DNA of 60,000 bases from Squalus acanthias (taxonomy: Eukaryota): contig CM059433.1 in the NCBI GenBank assembly GCA_030390025.1, forward strand, positions 11,782,001 through 11,842,000, read 5' to 3'. Position numbers and translations under genes: made by a program. Of the stretch, positions 37,097 to 48,369 are shown piece by piece (position 1 is the stretch's first letter; each line of letters starts with the position of its first letter). The notes beneath the pieces are model-generated. The model worked only from the letters and a program-made list of their open reading frames with translations. It was not told the origin of the DNA and made no database searches.

Positions 37097-37228
37097 CTCT
37101 GAACAGCTCCGGTGCGTAAGTGGACTTTCTCCGTTATCAAGGCAAGGACACGATTCCAGTCTTGAACAGTATATTTCGGTAGAAGTAATCTCACAGGGGG
37201 AATCAACAGGTCTCCATTGGTAAAGATG
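37097..37228 (-). CDS. DCDC2C: Coding exon (132 nt) of the DCDC2-family gene; N-terminal half of the second DCX domain
   Basis: ccccatcag|CATCTTTACCAATGGA...GTTCAGAG|gtagac translates (N)IFTNGDLLIPPVRLLLPKYTVQDWNRVLALITEKVHLRTGAVQ(R), with the DCX motifs NGD, W..VL..ITEKV.L..GAV. Phase 2 to 2. Confidence 0.9.
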
Positions 37229-37327
37229 CTGATGGGGGGGGGGGGAAATAGACGTAAACTGTTGTTAGTTCATAAAATTATTAGCCCCGTCTCTAAAAGT
37301 GAATCTTACAACTAAAGAAAAACTCAT

Positions 37328-37546
37328 TGACATAAGAAAACTACTAGGCACTTGGTCTAAGCGTTAAACAAAGCTTTAATCAACTGTTTTACAACATGGA
37401 GGTCTAGTTGTGTCCTTCACTCGTTCCGGTTAAGAATGTTCTGCGCAAGCTGGGCCCGTGCCCGAGTATTTATAATCTCCCTGGACAGCACCACCAGCAG
37501 GCCACTCAGTATTATTTCATAAGTCATGAATGACAGATTCATGTCA
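37328..37546 (-). mobile_element. Solo LTR (219 bp), copy 3
   Basis: TGACAT...ATGTCA ends and 5-bp TSD CTCAT. Lies 100 bp from the acceptor of the 132-nt exon. Confidence 0.85.
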
Positions 37547-37569
37547 CTCATTACAAGTCAGGAGAATAT

Positions 37570-37870
37570 CAGAAGGAGGGGCAAATAGTCGGGCAGCATC
37601 TGTGGAAAAAGAGGAGTCGGTCAACATTTCAGGCCTTAAGACCCTTCCTCAGGACCAGGAGATGTTACAGGTGAACAGAACAAAGGGGAAAAGGGGGAAG
37701 GGAAGAAGAAAAAAAAATACTGAGGTAAAGAAATAGAATGACATGTGAAGTGCTTGGGCGGAGGAGATGGTTAAACTGCAGTGATGGTAACAGGAGACAA
37801 AAGGAGGCATAATGAGAGAAAGAAATAAAAAGATACACACGGGACACGTGGCAGCTTTCAAGGGGACAGA
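37570..37870 (-). mobile_element. Degenerate Penelope pLTR
   Basis: Resembles 42930-43210 and 53995-54300. Confidence 0.5.
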
Positions 37871-38584
37871 TCAATGGAAATGGAAATAAAAATCAGGAGC
37901 GATGTATAACGGGCTGCCAACTCGCTATCCCCTGTTCTACACTCAAGGTGTGCAAACCCAGCGGAGATGGTTCCCATCCCAGTTTCTAGTCCTGAGGCTC
38001 CACGGACACCTGACTTCAACCCCTAAAAAGACAATAAAAAGTTCTTTATGGTCTGGGTAGGGAAAGCAGCTGAACCACTACAAATTGTTTTTGTTTACAA
38101 CAATATCACACGAGACTTACTTCAGTGCACTCCAAACGAAAAGCAGACGTGAATTTATACAGCATTTTATCATGTCTCGCAGAAACTGTTCAAAGGGCTT
38201 CACATCCAATTAATTACTTTGAAGTGCAATGATTGTTGTATGTGGGCACTATTCCAGCACTTGACAAACACAGAAAAAAATAGTTTGCCAAAAAGCTCTT
38301 CATCAAGTCACTCCCCCCTTAAAAGGGCAAAATGACTGTGGAGAAAGTACTTTCAATGCAATCTGCAATACTTGATCAACAATCAATCTTCATTGATATC
38401 TTTCAATGGCATCCAGGATGGAATGAGTTTCCAATTACCTATAACTTTATGACAAATTCTCCGACAGATACAAACAGCTGCTGTGGATCTCCTGCCAATT
38501 TCGGCAGATAATTCATTGCTGCCCAATTCACAGCCTGAATCTTGGTAGAAGCCTTTTCCACTCCTGTAATCCCTAGAATTCATG

Positions 38585-39395
38585 GGGGGGGGGGGGAAAT
38601 TCGGTTGGTTAGGGCCTCCCGTTAGCGCCTCCGAACTTAGCGCGTTTTTTGCGGCGCTCACGAAATTGACCAGTCGTTTTGCGGCGGCGCGAAACACTAC
38701 CGCCACGATCTCCTGCACCCGCAGATTGTGACGTCAGTCGAGCGTGCAGCCCTGGTAGCGTCCCAGACCAGATATTGAGTCGCGCCCCCTGCCTTAGCGC
38801 CTGCCGCTAGGAACGACAGGTAGAGAGGAGCGTTTTCAAGTCGGGAAGGGGCTGGGGGAGCGTTATTTAAAGGTGGGCGCTTCCTGCCTTTTCTTGTCGG
38901 CAAAATTTTTGGAACACGCATGTTGAGAGGGAGAGAGACGACTGGAGAGATTTAACGCTGCCCTAAGGAGTTTTGGGTCCTGAGATCCACTTTTGAGGTT
39001 CCTAAGCGCCGAGCTCTTTCCCTGGGCCTATCCATTAGTGCTTCCAACACAATTGCTTTAGAGGTCTCTCCAGGCCGAGATTCAAGGCTGCAATGAGCAG
39101 GGTGTGGCTGGCCAGCAAGATGGCCACTCCCCTTTAAGAACTGGACGGCACCAGTCTGTCTGGCTTCCATGGTAACTGACATCGTCTGAGCTTCGGTCGC
39201 GTTCTGTGGTAGCGCCTCGCTCCCCGATGTTAGCGCCTTAAGAGAGGTGCGTAGCGCCTGATTTAGCGCTCAACTCACCTCCAGGGGCAAGAGAGGTGAA
39301 TTTTGCAGTCAGAGGTGATAATTAGCGCCGGGCTCTAAACTTTGCGCCCGGCTGATATTAGCGCCCCAAAATGGGCGATACCCAATTTTTCCCCC
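38585..39395 (-). mobile_element. Harbinger MITE, diverged relative of family A with a different internal junction
   Basis: G-run AAATTCGGTT and CCCAATTTTTCCCCC ends. Flanks ATG/AAG. Reads MDRPRERARRL where family A reads MERPRERAQS. Confidence 0.82.
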
Positions 39396-40244
39396 AAGGC
39401 CTTTACACTACTGATTATGTGGAACACAGCAGTCTACCTTTTTCGTGCATTAACACCCTTCAGTGCTCCCGAGCTTGCATTTATCTTGCTCACTAGGTGC
39501 ACTATCCTCCATCTGATCCTGAAGCCCAACTGGTGGAGTTGGGTCTAAACTCGACCTACCAGCACTTTGTCTTGGGAATGTTTCCATCGGGTCTGGTTGG
39601 CTTATTTCCCCACTTTGCTCACTCACACATCCTAATTATTTTGCACAGTCTGATCTGCAAGGAAACTTCATTAAGCACGCATTAAAATGTGAGCCTACTG
39701 CCGGACCAAGGATTGCACTGTGATGAAGGAACTCATTAATGGAAGCAACCATAATGTGGAACCAGACACAGGGTCCCTCACTGACTTCGTTTATTAGCCT
39801 CCACCAGAATAGAGTTTTGCTGTCAGATCTGTTAAAAGTATAAGACCAGCTTCCCCTTGAAGATGAGTTGTTGCCACGTAACTGAACTGAACTGAGCTTT
39901 CATGTAGAATTTATTCATGTGAGGTGCTTCAATGCCACAAGTAACAGCATTATGTGTGATAACATCTCAAAATCAAGTTACAAAGTTTGGCTTATCGTTC
40001 TTGCATTATACTGCAGAATCTACAGTGACATCTGCTGGTGTAATTCAGGGCTATAGCAATTTAGTGCTTTGTTACCGGGCGGCTTATTTTTCTTAGTCTG
40101 TACTGATACAGCAGTTGGATTATCAACATTTTGAAATCTCACTGAAGTATCAATAGATTAACCAGGAAGTGGGATGGAGGTGCAGAGGAGAAGCAGAATT
40201 TCTGGTGCTGCTACAGCTCGTAAAGAGCCCGGAACAGGCATTAG

Positions 40245-40713
40245 TGTCAGCCGTGGCTCAGTGGGTAGCACGCTTTGCCTCTGAATCTAAGGAGGTTGTG
40301 GGTTCACAGTCCCACTCCAGGGACTTAAGCACAAAAAGCTAGGCTGACACTCCCAATGCAGTGCTGAGGGAGTGCTGCGCTGTCGGAGGTGCCGTCTTTC
40401 AGATGAGACGTTAAACCGAGGCCCCGTCTGCCCTCTCAGGTGGATGTAAAAGATCCCACGGCCACTATTTGAAAGAAGAGCAGGGGAGTTATCCCCGGTG
40501 TCCTGGCCAATATTTATCCCTCAATTAACACAACAAAACAAACAGATTATCTGGTCATTATCATGTTGCTGTTTGTGGGAGCTTGCTGTGCACAATTGGC
40601 TAACACGTTTCCTACATTACAACAGTGACTACACTCCAAAATTGTACTTCATTGGCTGTAAAGTGCTTTGGGATGTCATGAAAGGCGCTATATAAATGCA
40701 AGTCTTTCTTTCT
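40245..40713 (+). mobile_element. Full-length Deu-domain SINE
   Basis: A box TGGCTCAGTGG, B-box-like GGTTCACAGTCCC, Deu-like core, and tail AAAGGCGCTATATAAATGCAAGTCTTTC. Confidence 0.88.
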
Positions 40714-40888
40714 ATTGAAAGAGGAGGTTTATTTGTAGCAGGCATAAATTCTCCTGAGCTTGGAAATATCCTCAAACAATGAAGCAGTGGCAGGCAAGAA
40801 GCCCACATTTTACAGACGCATCTGTGTAGCTTCAGGAAGTGTTGATAGGGAAATATGGAACTCCGGGATATCATCCGCAAAAGACAGC

Positions 40889-40951
40889 AGTGCAGACAGT
40901 GCGAGAGTGCAGACAGTGCGGGAGTGCAGACAGTGCGGGAGTGCAGACAGT
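40889..40951 (+). repeat. 17-bp tandem repeat (AGTGCAGACAGTGCGGG), about 3.5 copies
   Basis: Seen directly. Confidence 0.85.
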
Positions 40952-41285
40952 GGCATAACTTGTGTCCAACAGCCAGAGAACCTGAGCGGACATCAGATGG
41001 AAGTTCATCTGAGAAAATCTGCCAGGGTAAGGCTAACCACCATTTCCCCAGACCAAGCAGATGGGCAAAGTATGCATGCCGCAAAGTGCTTCCTCACAAC
41101 CTGCGGCCCCTTAACTGCACCCACGTGCAAAGCACTCTGACAGCCTTCCAAAACCCATACTCCAGCAGGGCACACTTTCTAGATGCAATTTCAAATTAGA
41201 ACTATTGTCACACTTGCATCTTTAAAAGTAGGCCCAGAAAGCGTTCTTCCAAAAAAAACCTAGGTGCATGATGCATGTTCATTTA

Positions 41286-41917
41286 TACACACTCTCACAC
41301 ACTCACACACACACACTCTCACACTCACTCACTCACACACACTCACTCACACTCACTCACACTCACTCACTCACACACACACTCACACTCACACACATGC
41401 ACTCACACACGCACTCACACACACGCACTCACACTGACATCTCACACACACACACTTACACTCACACACACACACTCACACTCACACACACACACTCACA
41501 CTCTCACATACACACTCACACACACAGTCACACACACATCTCACACACACATCTCACACACACACACACACACTCTCACATACACACTCACACACACAGT
41601 CACACACACATCTCACACACACTCACACACACTCACACACACACACACACACTCTCTCACACGCACACTCACATGCACACACACACACTCACACACACAC
41701 TCACACACACTCTCACTCACACACTCACACACTCACTCACACACACTCACACATACACACACTCTCACACACACATACACACATACTCACACACACACTC
41801 ACACACACACACACTCACTCACCCACACTCACTCACACACACTCACACACACACACTCACACACACACACACACACACTCACTCACTCACACACACTCAC
41901 TCACTCACACACACACA
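41286..41917 (+). repeat. Compound (CA)n/(CACT)n microsatellite, about 630 bp
   Basis: Seen directly. It explains the His/Thr-rich ORFs in the track. Confidence 0.95.
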
Positions 41918-42289
41918 GGGATGCAGAATGGGCACTTGGGTCGCATTGTATATGCTCTTCAAATTTCCAATATCTCAACACTAATTTTCTGCTTGCAGGA
42001 CAGGGCGGCACATAGAATGAGGGAAAACCCAAATGGAAGGAAGGCCATTTGAAGCCTTTGAAGAGGGCACTCTCCAAATCACAAGGATAGGCCACAGAGA
42101 GTGGGGGCAAGGTGAAACTGAAGCCCTCCCTCAAGCACAGGGCTAGCGCCATCCTTTTCCTGTTATTTTTTCTCCCAGTACTCATACACAGGTATGCACT
42201 CAAGCACAACATGACGCAATGTCTACTACCGTGTAAGTACTGCTTGAAGGAGTGCCTTACAGTCAGGATTCTAACTCGAGGTTCTGAGT

Positions 42290-42640
42290 TTTACGCATAG
42301 GATATAAAAGCGAGGATACGATGTTGAATTCTGGCAAGTCATCAGTTCGGCCGCTGCTGGAGTTTGGTGTGCATTATAACCAGAATATTGGAACCATGGA
42401 AAGGGAATATAGAATGATACCAGGAGTGTGAGATTTTAGAAAAGATATGGGACTTCCTTCACTGGAATGGAGACGGTTAGTGGGGAAATCCAAGGTGGGT
42501 TTTCAAAATTAAGATTTAGAGAGGGAACGTGAAAGATTGTTTCCAGTGGTTGATGAATCAATAACAAGGGGCATAGGTTCAGGCTTATCACTAGAAGAAT
42601 GAGGTGGACATTTTTACAGACAGATGGTTATTAGAACAGT
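42290..42640 (+). mobile_element. Old degenerate CR1 fragment
   Basis: Remnants of VRP.LE, FSLE.RRL.G and TRGH.F motifs. Confidence 0.55.
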
Positions 42641-42929
42641 ATCAATGTCCACCTGAACCACCAGAATAGGTAGATGGCAGCTGGGGTTCAACGGCTCATC
42701 CGAGGAAACCAATTTGGTACCAGTGTGTGTGTCCGGGACGCCAATACGCCGTACACGCCGTACATCCGTTTCAGATCCCATTGGCAGGGCGGCACATCTT
42801 TGTTCAGGTTCTGACCCGTAGTTTCATTTTAAACCTCACAATAAGCGGATCACTGGCACCACCTAGTGGATTTGTTTCACCAAACAAGACTCACCACAAA
42901 GCCTTTGAAAACTTGTCACCTCACTCACT

Positions 42930-43510
42930 TAAATAACAGCAGAAAATGCTGGAAAAACTCAGCAGGCCAGGCAACATCCGTGGAGAGAGAAACAGAGTTA
43001 ACGTTTCAGGTCGAAACCCTTCGTCAGAACTGAGAAAAAAGCAGGAAATGAAACAGATAAAAAAGCAAGTTTGGAGGCTGGGGGGAGGAATAAAAGAACA
43101 AAAGGGGTGGTCTATGGTAAGTAGAGACATTAAGAGATGCTCAAGGCAAGACGAGATGGTAATAGGACAGGTTAAGAAACAAAAGATGGCTCAGAAGTTT
43201 GAAGTGTGAAATGCTGGCAGAATGAAAGACAGCTGCTGTGGGGGGAGAGAGAGAGAAAAGGGAAAAGGCACAAACCAAAAGTGTGGATAAAATATATATA
43301 TATGTGATAGGGGCCGAGGTTATGATCTGAAATTGTTGAACTCTATGTTGAGTCCAGAGATCTGTAGAGTGCCTAATCGGAAGATGAGGTGCTGTTCCTC
43401 GAGCTTACGCTGAGCTTCCGTGGAACAATGCAAGAGGCCGAGGACGGTGAGGTCTGAGTGGGCGTGGAGCGGTGAATTAAAATGACAAGTGACCGGAAGC
43501 TCGGGGGCCT
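42930..43510 (-). mobile_element. Penelope 3' end (GIY-YIG tail plus pLTR)
   Basis: ORF 43320-43517 LPVTCHFNS...RKLEEQHLIFRLGTLQISGLNIEFNNFRS, followed by the pLTR. Confidence 0.85.
42996..43031 (-). ncRNA. Minimal type I hammerhead ribozyme motif
   Basis: AGUU-CUGACGA-A-GGGU-UUCG-ACCU-GAA-ACGU-U-AACU: stem I AGUU/AACU, UUCG-capped stem II, palindromic ACGU. Confidence 0.7.
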
Positions 43511-43698
43511 CACTCACTTACCTGATCTACCCCAAAAAAAACACAAGATTTGAATTTTTTTTTTAAACAATTCGGCTTATAACTGCAGACAGAAATCTTG
43601 TTACTATCATCGTGTGCGTGTTTTTTAAAAAAATCTCTCACACATGGTTACAATTATTTTATAAAGATGTTCTCAAAGACTTTTTAAAAAGAAATCCT

Positions 43699-43950
43699 TG
43701 GCTTTAGTGGCTCAGCAGGTAAATGCACGCGCAATAGCCACACTGATCAAGGAAGTGCCAGTTCTGTCCCTGGTCTGCGCTGAGTTAGCTGATCTCAGCC
43801 AAGGTAGCAATAGAGGTCTTGCAATTGGCCTCAGTTCCATTGGGCTAGAGAGGGGGGAAATCAGCCAGATTGCCACTCTTGATCACTATCCAATAATCCC
43901 TGCTGGAAAAGTGGATATCAGACGAGGACATGCTCAGGCTAGGCTGAATT
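43699..43950 (+). mobile_element. LF-SINE-like element
   Basis: tRNA-like head (AGTGGCTCAGCAGG) and TCTGCGCTGAGTTAGCTGATCTCAGCC core. Confidence 0.6.
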
Positions 43951-44501
43951 GCATGCCCCTTCTTAGTTAAAATAGATTGCCAACATTCACTATCTACGTT
44001 TAAACAGAAAAAGGTTGTTTTCTGCAACTATGGAATTGTAATCCAGTGCGAATTCAGTGGAGGGGAGAAAAATTAAAAGTAAATAAATCCCTTAGCCCTC
44101 AAAGAGCTAAATCTATGCTTAATTATGATACTCTCCCTGTAACCAAAGCCTATCACTATTTGAACAAACAGAATATTGCCAGACATTATTTCTATCTAAT
44201 TCACTGTACATAAAACATTTAGCGACACATTTGTAATCTGACACACAATCAGCAGGACTAATTTCTTTCGCACCAATCAGTAATAACTTTTCAGTCTGGT
44301 CCAGTTGATAGCTATGAAGACATTGGTATTGCAACTCAATCGCTTAAAACCCATAAAACACATTTGAGAAATGAGAACCTTTCATCCTTCAATTGCTTTT
44401 AATAAAGTAATAAAATCAGCCACATTTCTCAATGATATCAGGGTGGTTAGCTCATAGCTACAATGGTGCATTACTGAAGGCTAGGGTGACGATGAGTTAT
44501 T

Positions 44502-45607
44502 TGATAGCACTATACCAAGGGGTGATATGATAGCACTATACCAAGGGGTGATATGATAGCACTATACCAAGGGGTGATATGATAGCACTATACCAGGGGG
44601 TGATATGATAGCACTATACCAGGGGGTGATATGATAGCACTATACCAAGGGGTGATATTAAACCACTATACCAAGGGGAGATATGATAGCACTATACCAA
44701 GGGGTGATATGATAGCACTTTACCATGGGGTGATATGATAGCACTATACCAAGGGGTGATATGATAGCACTATACCAGGGGTGATATGATAGCACTATAC
44801 CAGGGGGTGAGATGATAGCACTGTACCAAGGGGTGATATGATAGAACTGTACCAAGGGGTGATATGATAACACTATACCATGGGGTGATATGATAGCACT
44901 TTACCATGGGGTGATATGATAGCACTATACCAAGGGGTGATATGATAGCACTTTACCATGGGGTGATATGATAGCACTATACCAAGGGGTGATATGATAG
45001 CACTATACCAGGGGGTGATATGATAGCACTGTACCAAGGGGTGATATGATAGCACTGTACCAAGGGGTGATATGATAGCACTATACCAGGGGTGATATGA
45101 TAGCACTATACCAGGGGGTGATATGATAGCACTATACCAAGCGGTGATATGATAGCACTATACCAAGGGGAGATATGATAGCACTATACCAAGGCGTGAT
45201 ATGATAGCACTATACCAAGGGGTGATATGATAGCACTATACCAGGGGGTGATATGATAGCACTGTACCAAGGGGTGATATGATAGCACTATACCAAGGGG
45301 TGATATGATAGCACTATACCAAGGGGTGATATGATAGCACTATACCAAGGGGTGATATTAAACCACTATACCAAGGGGTGATATGATAGCACTATACCAG
45401 GGGGTGATATGATAGCACTATACCAAGGGTGATATGATAGCACTATACCAAGGGGTGATATGATAGCACTATACCAAGGGGAGATATGATAGCAATATAC
45501 CAAGGGGTGATATGATAGCACTATAACAAGGGGAGATATGATAGCACTATACCAAGGGGTGATATGATAGCACTATAACAAGGGGAGATATGATAGCACT
45601 ATACCAT
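44502..45607 (+). repeat. Minisatellite A, 26-bp unit GATATGATAGCACTATACCAAGGGGT, about 42 copies
   Basis: Seen directly. Confidence 0.97.
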
Positions 45608-45612
45608 GGTTT

Positions 45613-47931
45613 GTATGATAGTACTGTGCTATATGGTGGTATGATAGTACTGTGCTATAGGGTAGTATGATAGTACTGTGCTATAGGGTGGTATGATAGT
45701 ACTGGGCTATATGGTGGTATGATAGTACTGTGCTATAGGGTGGTATGATAGTACTGTGCTATAGGGTGGTATGATAGTACTGTGCTATGGGGTGGTATGA
45801 TAGTACTGTGCTATACGGTGGTATGACAGTACTGTGCTATAGGGTGGTATGATAGTACTGTGCTATAGGGTGGTATGATAGTACTGTGTTATAGGGTGGT
45901 ATGATAGTACTGTGCTATACGGTGGTATGATAGTACTGTGCTATAGGGTGGTATGATAGTACTGTGCTATAGGGTGGTATGATAGTACTGTGCTATATGG
46001 TGGTATGATAGTACTGTGCTATAGGGTGGTATGATAGTACTGTGCTATAGGGTGGTATGATAGTACTGTGCTATATGGTGGTATGATAGTACTGTGCTAT
46101 AGGGTGGTATGATAGTACTGTGCTATATGGTGGTATGATAGTACTGTGCTATAGGGTGGTATGATAGTACTGTGCTATAGGGTGGTATGATAGTACTGTG
46201 CTATAGGGTGGTATGATAGTACTGTGCTATATGGTGGTATGATAGTACTGTGCTATAGGGTGGTATGATAGTACTGTGCTATAGGGTGGTATGATAGTAC
46301 TGTGCTATATGGTGGTATGATAGTACTGTGCTATAGGGTGGTATGATAGTACTGTGCTATATGGTGGTATGATAGTACTGTGCTATAGGGTGGTATGATA
46401 GTACTGTGCTATAGGGTGGTATGATAGTACTGTGCTATATGGTGGTATGATAGTACTGTGCTATATGGTGGTATGATAGTACTGTGCTATAGGGTGGTAT
46501 GATAGTACTGTGCTATATGGTGGTATGATAGTACTGTGCTATATGGTGGTATGATAGTACTGTGCTATAGGGTGGTATGATAGTACTGTGCTATATGGTG
46601 GTATGATAGTACTGTGCTATATGGTGGTATGATAGTACTGTGCTATAGGGTGGTATGATAGTGCTGTGCTATATGGTGGTATGATAGTACTGTGCTATAG
46701 GGTGGTATGATAGTACTGTGCTATAGGGTGGTATGATAGTACTGTGCTATACGGTGGTATGATAGTACTGTGCTATAGGGTGGTATGATAGTACTGTACT
46801 ATAGGGTGGTATGATAGTACTGTGCTATATGGTGGTATGATAGTACTGTGCTATACGGTGGTATGATAGTACTGTGCTATACGGTGGTATGATAGTACTG
46901 TGCTATATGGTGGTACGATAGTACTGTGCTATAGGGTGGTATGATAGTACTGTGCTATAGGGTGGTATGATAGTACTGTGCTATACGGTGGTATGATAGT
47001 ACTGTGCTATAGGGTGGTATGATAGTACTGTGCTATAGGGTGGTATGATCGTACTGTGCTATAGGGTGGTATGATAGTACTGTGCTATAGGGTGGTATGA
47101 TAGTACTGTGCTATAGGGTGGTATGATAGTACTGTGCTATAGGGTGGTATGATAGTACTGTACTGTGCTATATGGTGGTATGATATTACTGTGCTATAGG
47201 GTGGTATGATAGTACTGTGCTATAGGGTGGTATGATCGTACTGTGCTATAGGGTGGTATGATAGTACTGTGCTATAGGGTGGTATGATAGTACTGTGCTA
47301 TAGGGTGGTATGATAGTACTGTACTGTGCTATATGGTGGTATGATAGTACTGTACTGTGCTATATGGTGGTATGATAGTACTGTGCTATAGGGTGGTATG
47401 ATAGCACTGTGCTATAGGGTGGTATGATAGTACTGTGCTATAGGGTGGTATGATAGTACTGTGCTATAGGGTGGTATGATAGTACTGTACTGTGCTATAT
47501 GGTGGTATGATAGTACAGTGCTATAGGGTGGTATGATAGTACTGTGCTATAGGGTGGTATGATAGTACTGTACTGTGCTATATGGTGGTACGATAGTACT
47601 GTGCTATAGGGTGGTATGATAGTACTGTGCTATAGGGTGGTATGATAGTACTGTGCTGTAGGGTGGTATGATAGTACTGTGCTATAGGGTGGTATGATAG
47701 TACTGTGCTATAGGGTGGTATGATAGTACTGTGCTATAGGGTGGTATGATAGTACTGTGCTATAGGGTGGTATGATAGTACTGTGCTATAGGGTGGTATG
47801 ATAGTGCTGTGCTATAGGGTGGTATGAAAGTACTGTGCTATAGGGTGGTATGATCGTACTGTGCTATAGGGTGGTATGAGAGTTCTGTGCTGTAGGGTGG
47901 TATGATCGTACTGTGCTATATGGTGGTATGA
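45613..47931 (+). repeat. Minisatellite B, 26-bp unit GGTATGATAGTACTGTGCTATAGGGT, about 89 copies
   Basis: Seen directly. Confidence 0.97.
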
Positions 47932-48369
47932 GTGTTAATCATAGATCATACCGGTGGTAAAATACTTGATTTTCAATTATCCTCCACTAATGACCTTAGC
48001 AATGCCGTCAGAAGCAAAAAACAGCATTGGTGACCTATGGGAAGAACTGTCCGAATCCCTGCAGTTGTTATTAATAAACCCCACAGCAGCTGATATTGCT
48101 CGACCGCTGCCTCGGTAGTGGACTGGAGGTGGTGAAGACAGGTTTGCCCTGACATAGCCCAGGTTGAAGTAGCATGGTCTGTAAATATGGCGCCTTAGGT
48201 ATTGACAGCAGTAAGCACACTGCTGAAGATTTTGTCCCCCTCATGAATTGGTCCTCCTCATCTAATTCAAGCAGCGCTATGGCTACAGCTCAGTTTTGTG
48301 AGGTGCTGCAGCAATAATTGGCAAGAGTTCACGAAAGTGTGGCTTAACAAACTGAAGACTTCAGCAAAA

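Noticed and set aside
40245..40320. tRNA gene
   Set aside because: This is the tRNA-derived head of a SINE and runs on into the Deu-like core.
41268..42015. 238- and 246-aa His/Thr-rich ORFs
   Set aside because: These are translations of a CA/CACT microsatellite.
44502..47931. CRISPR-like array
   Set aside because: Units are contiguous with no unique spacers, there are no cas genes, and the context is vertebrate. It is a minisatellite.
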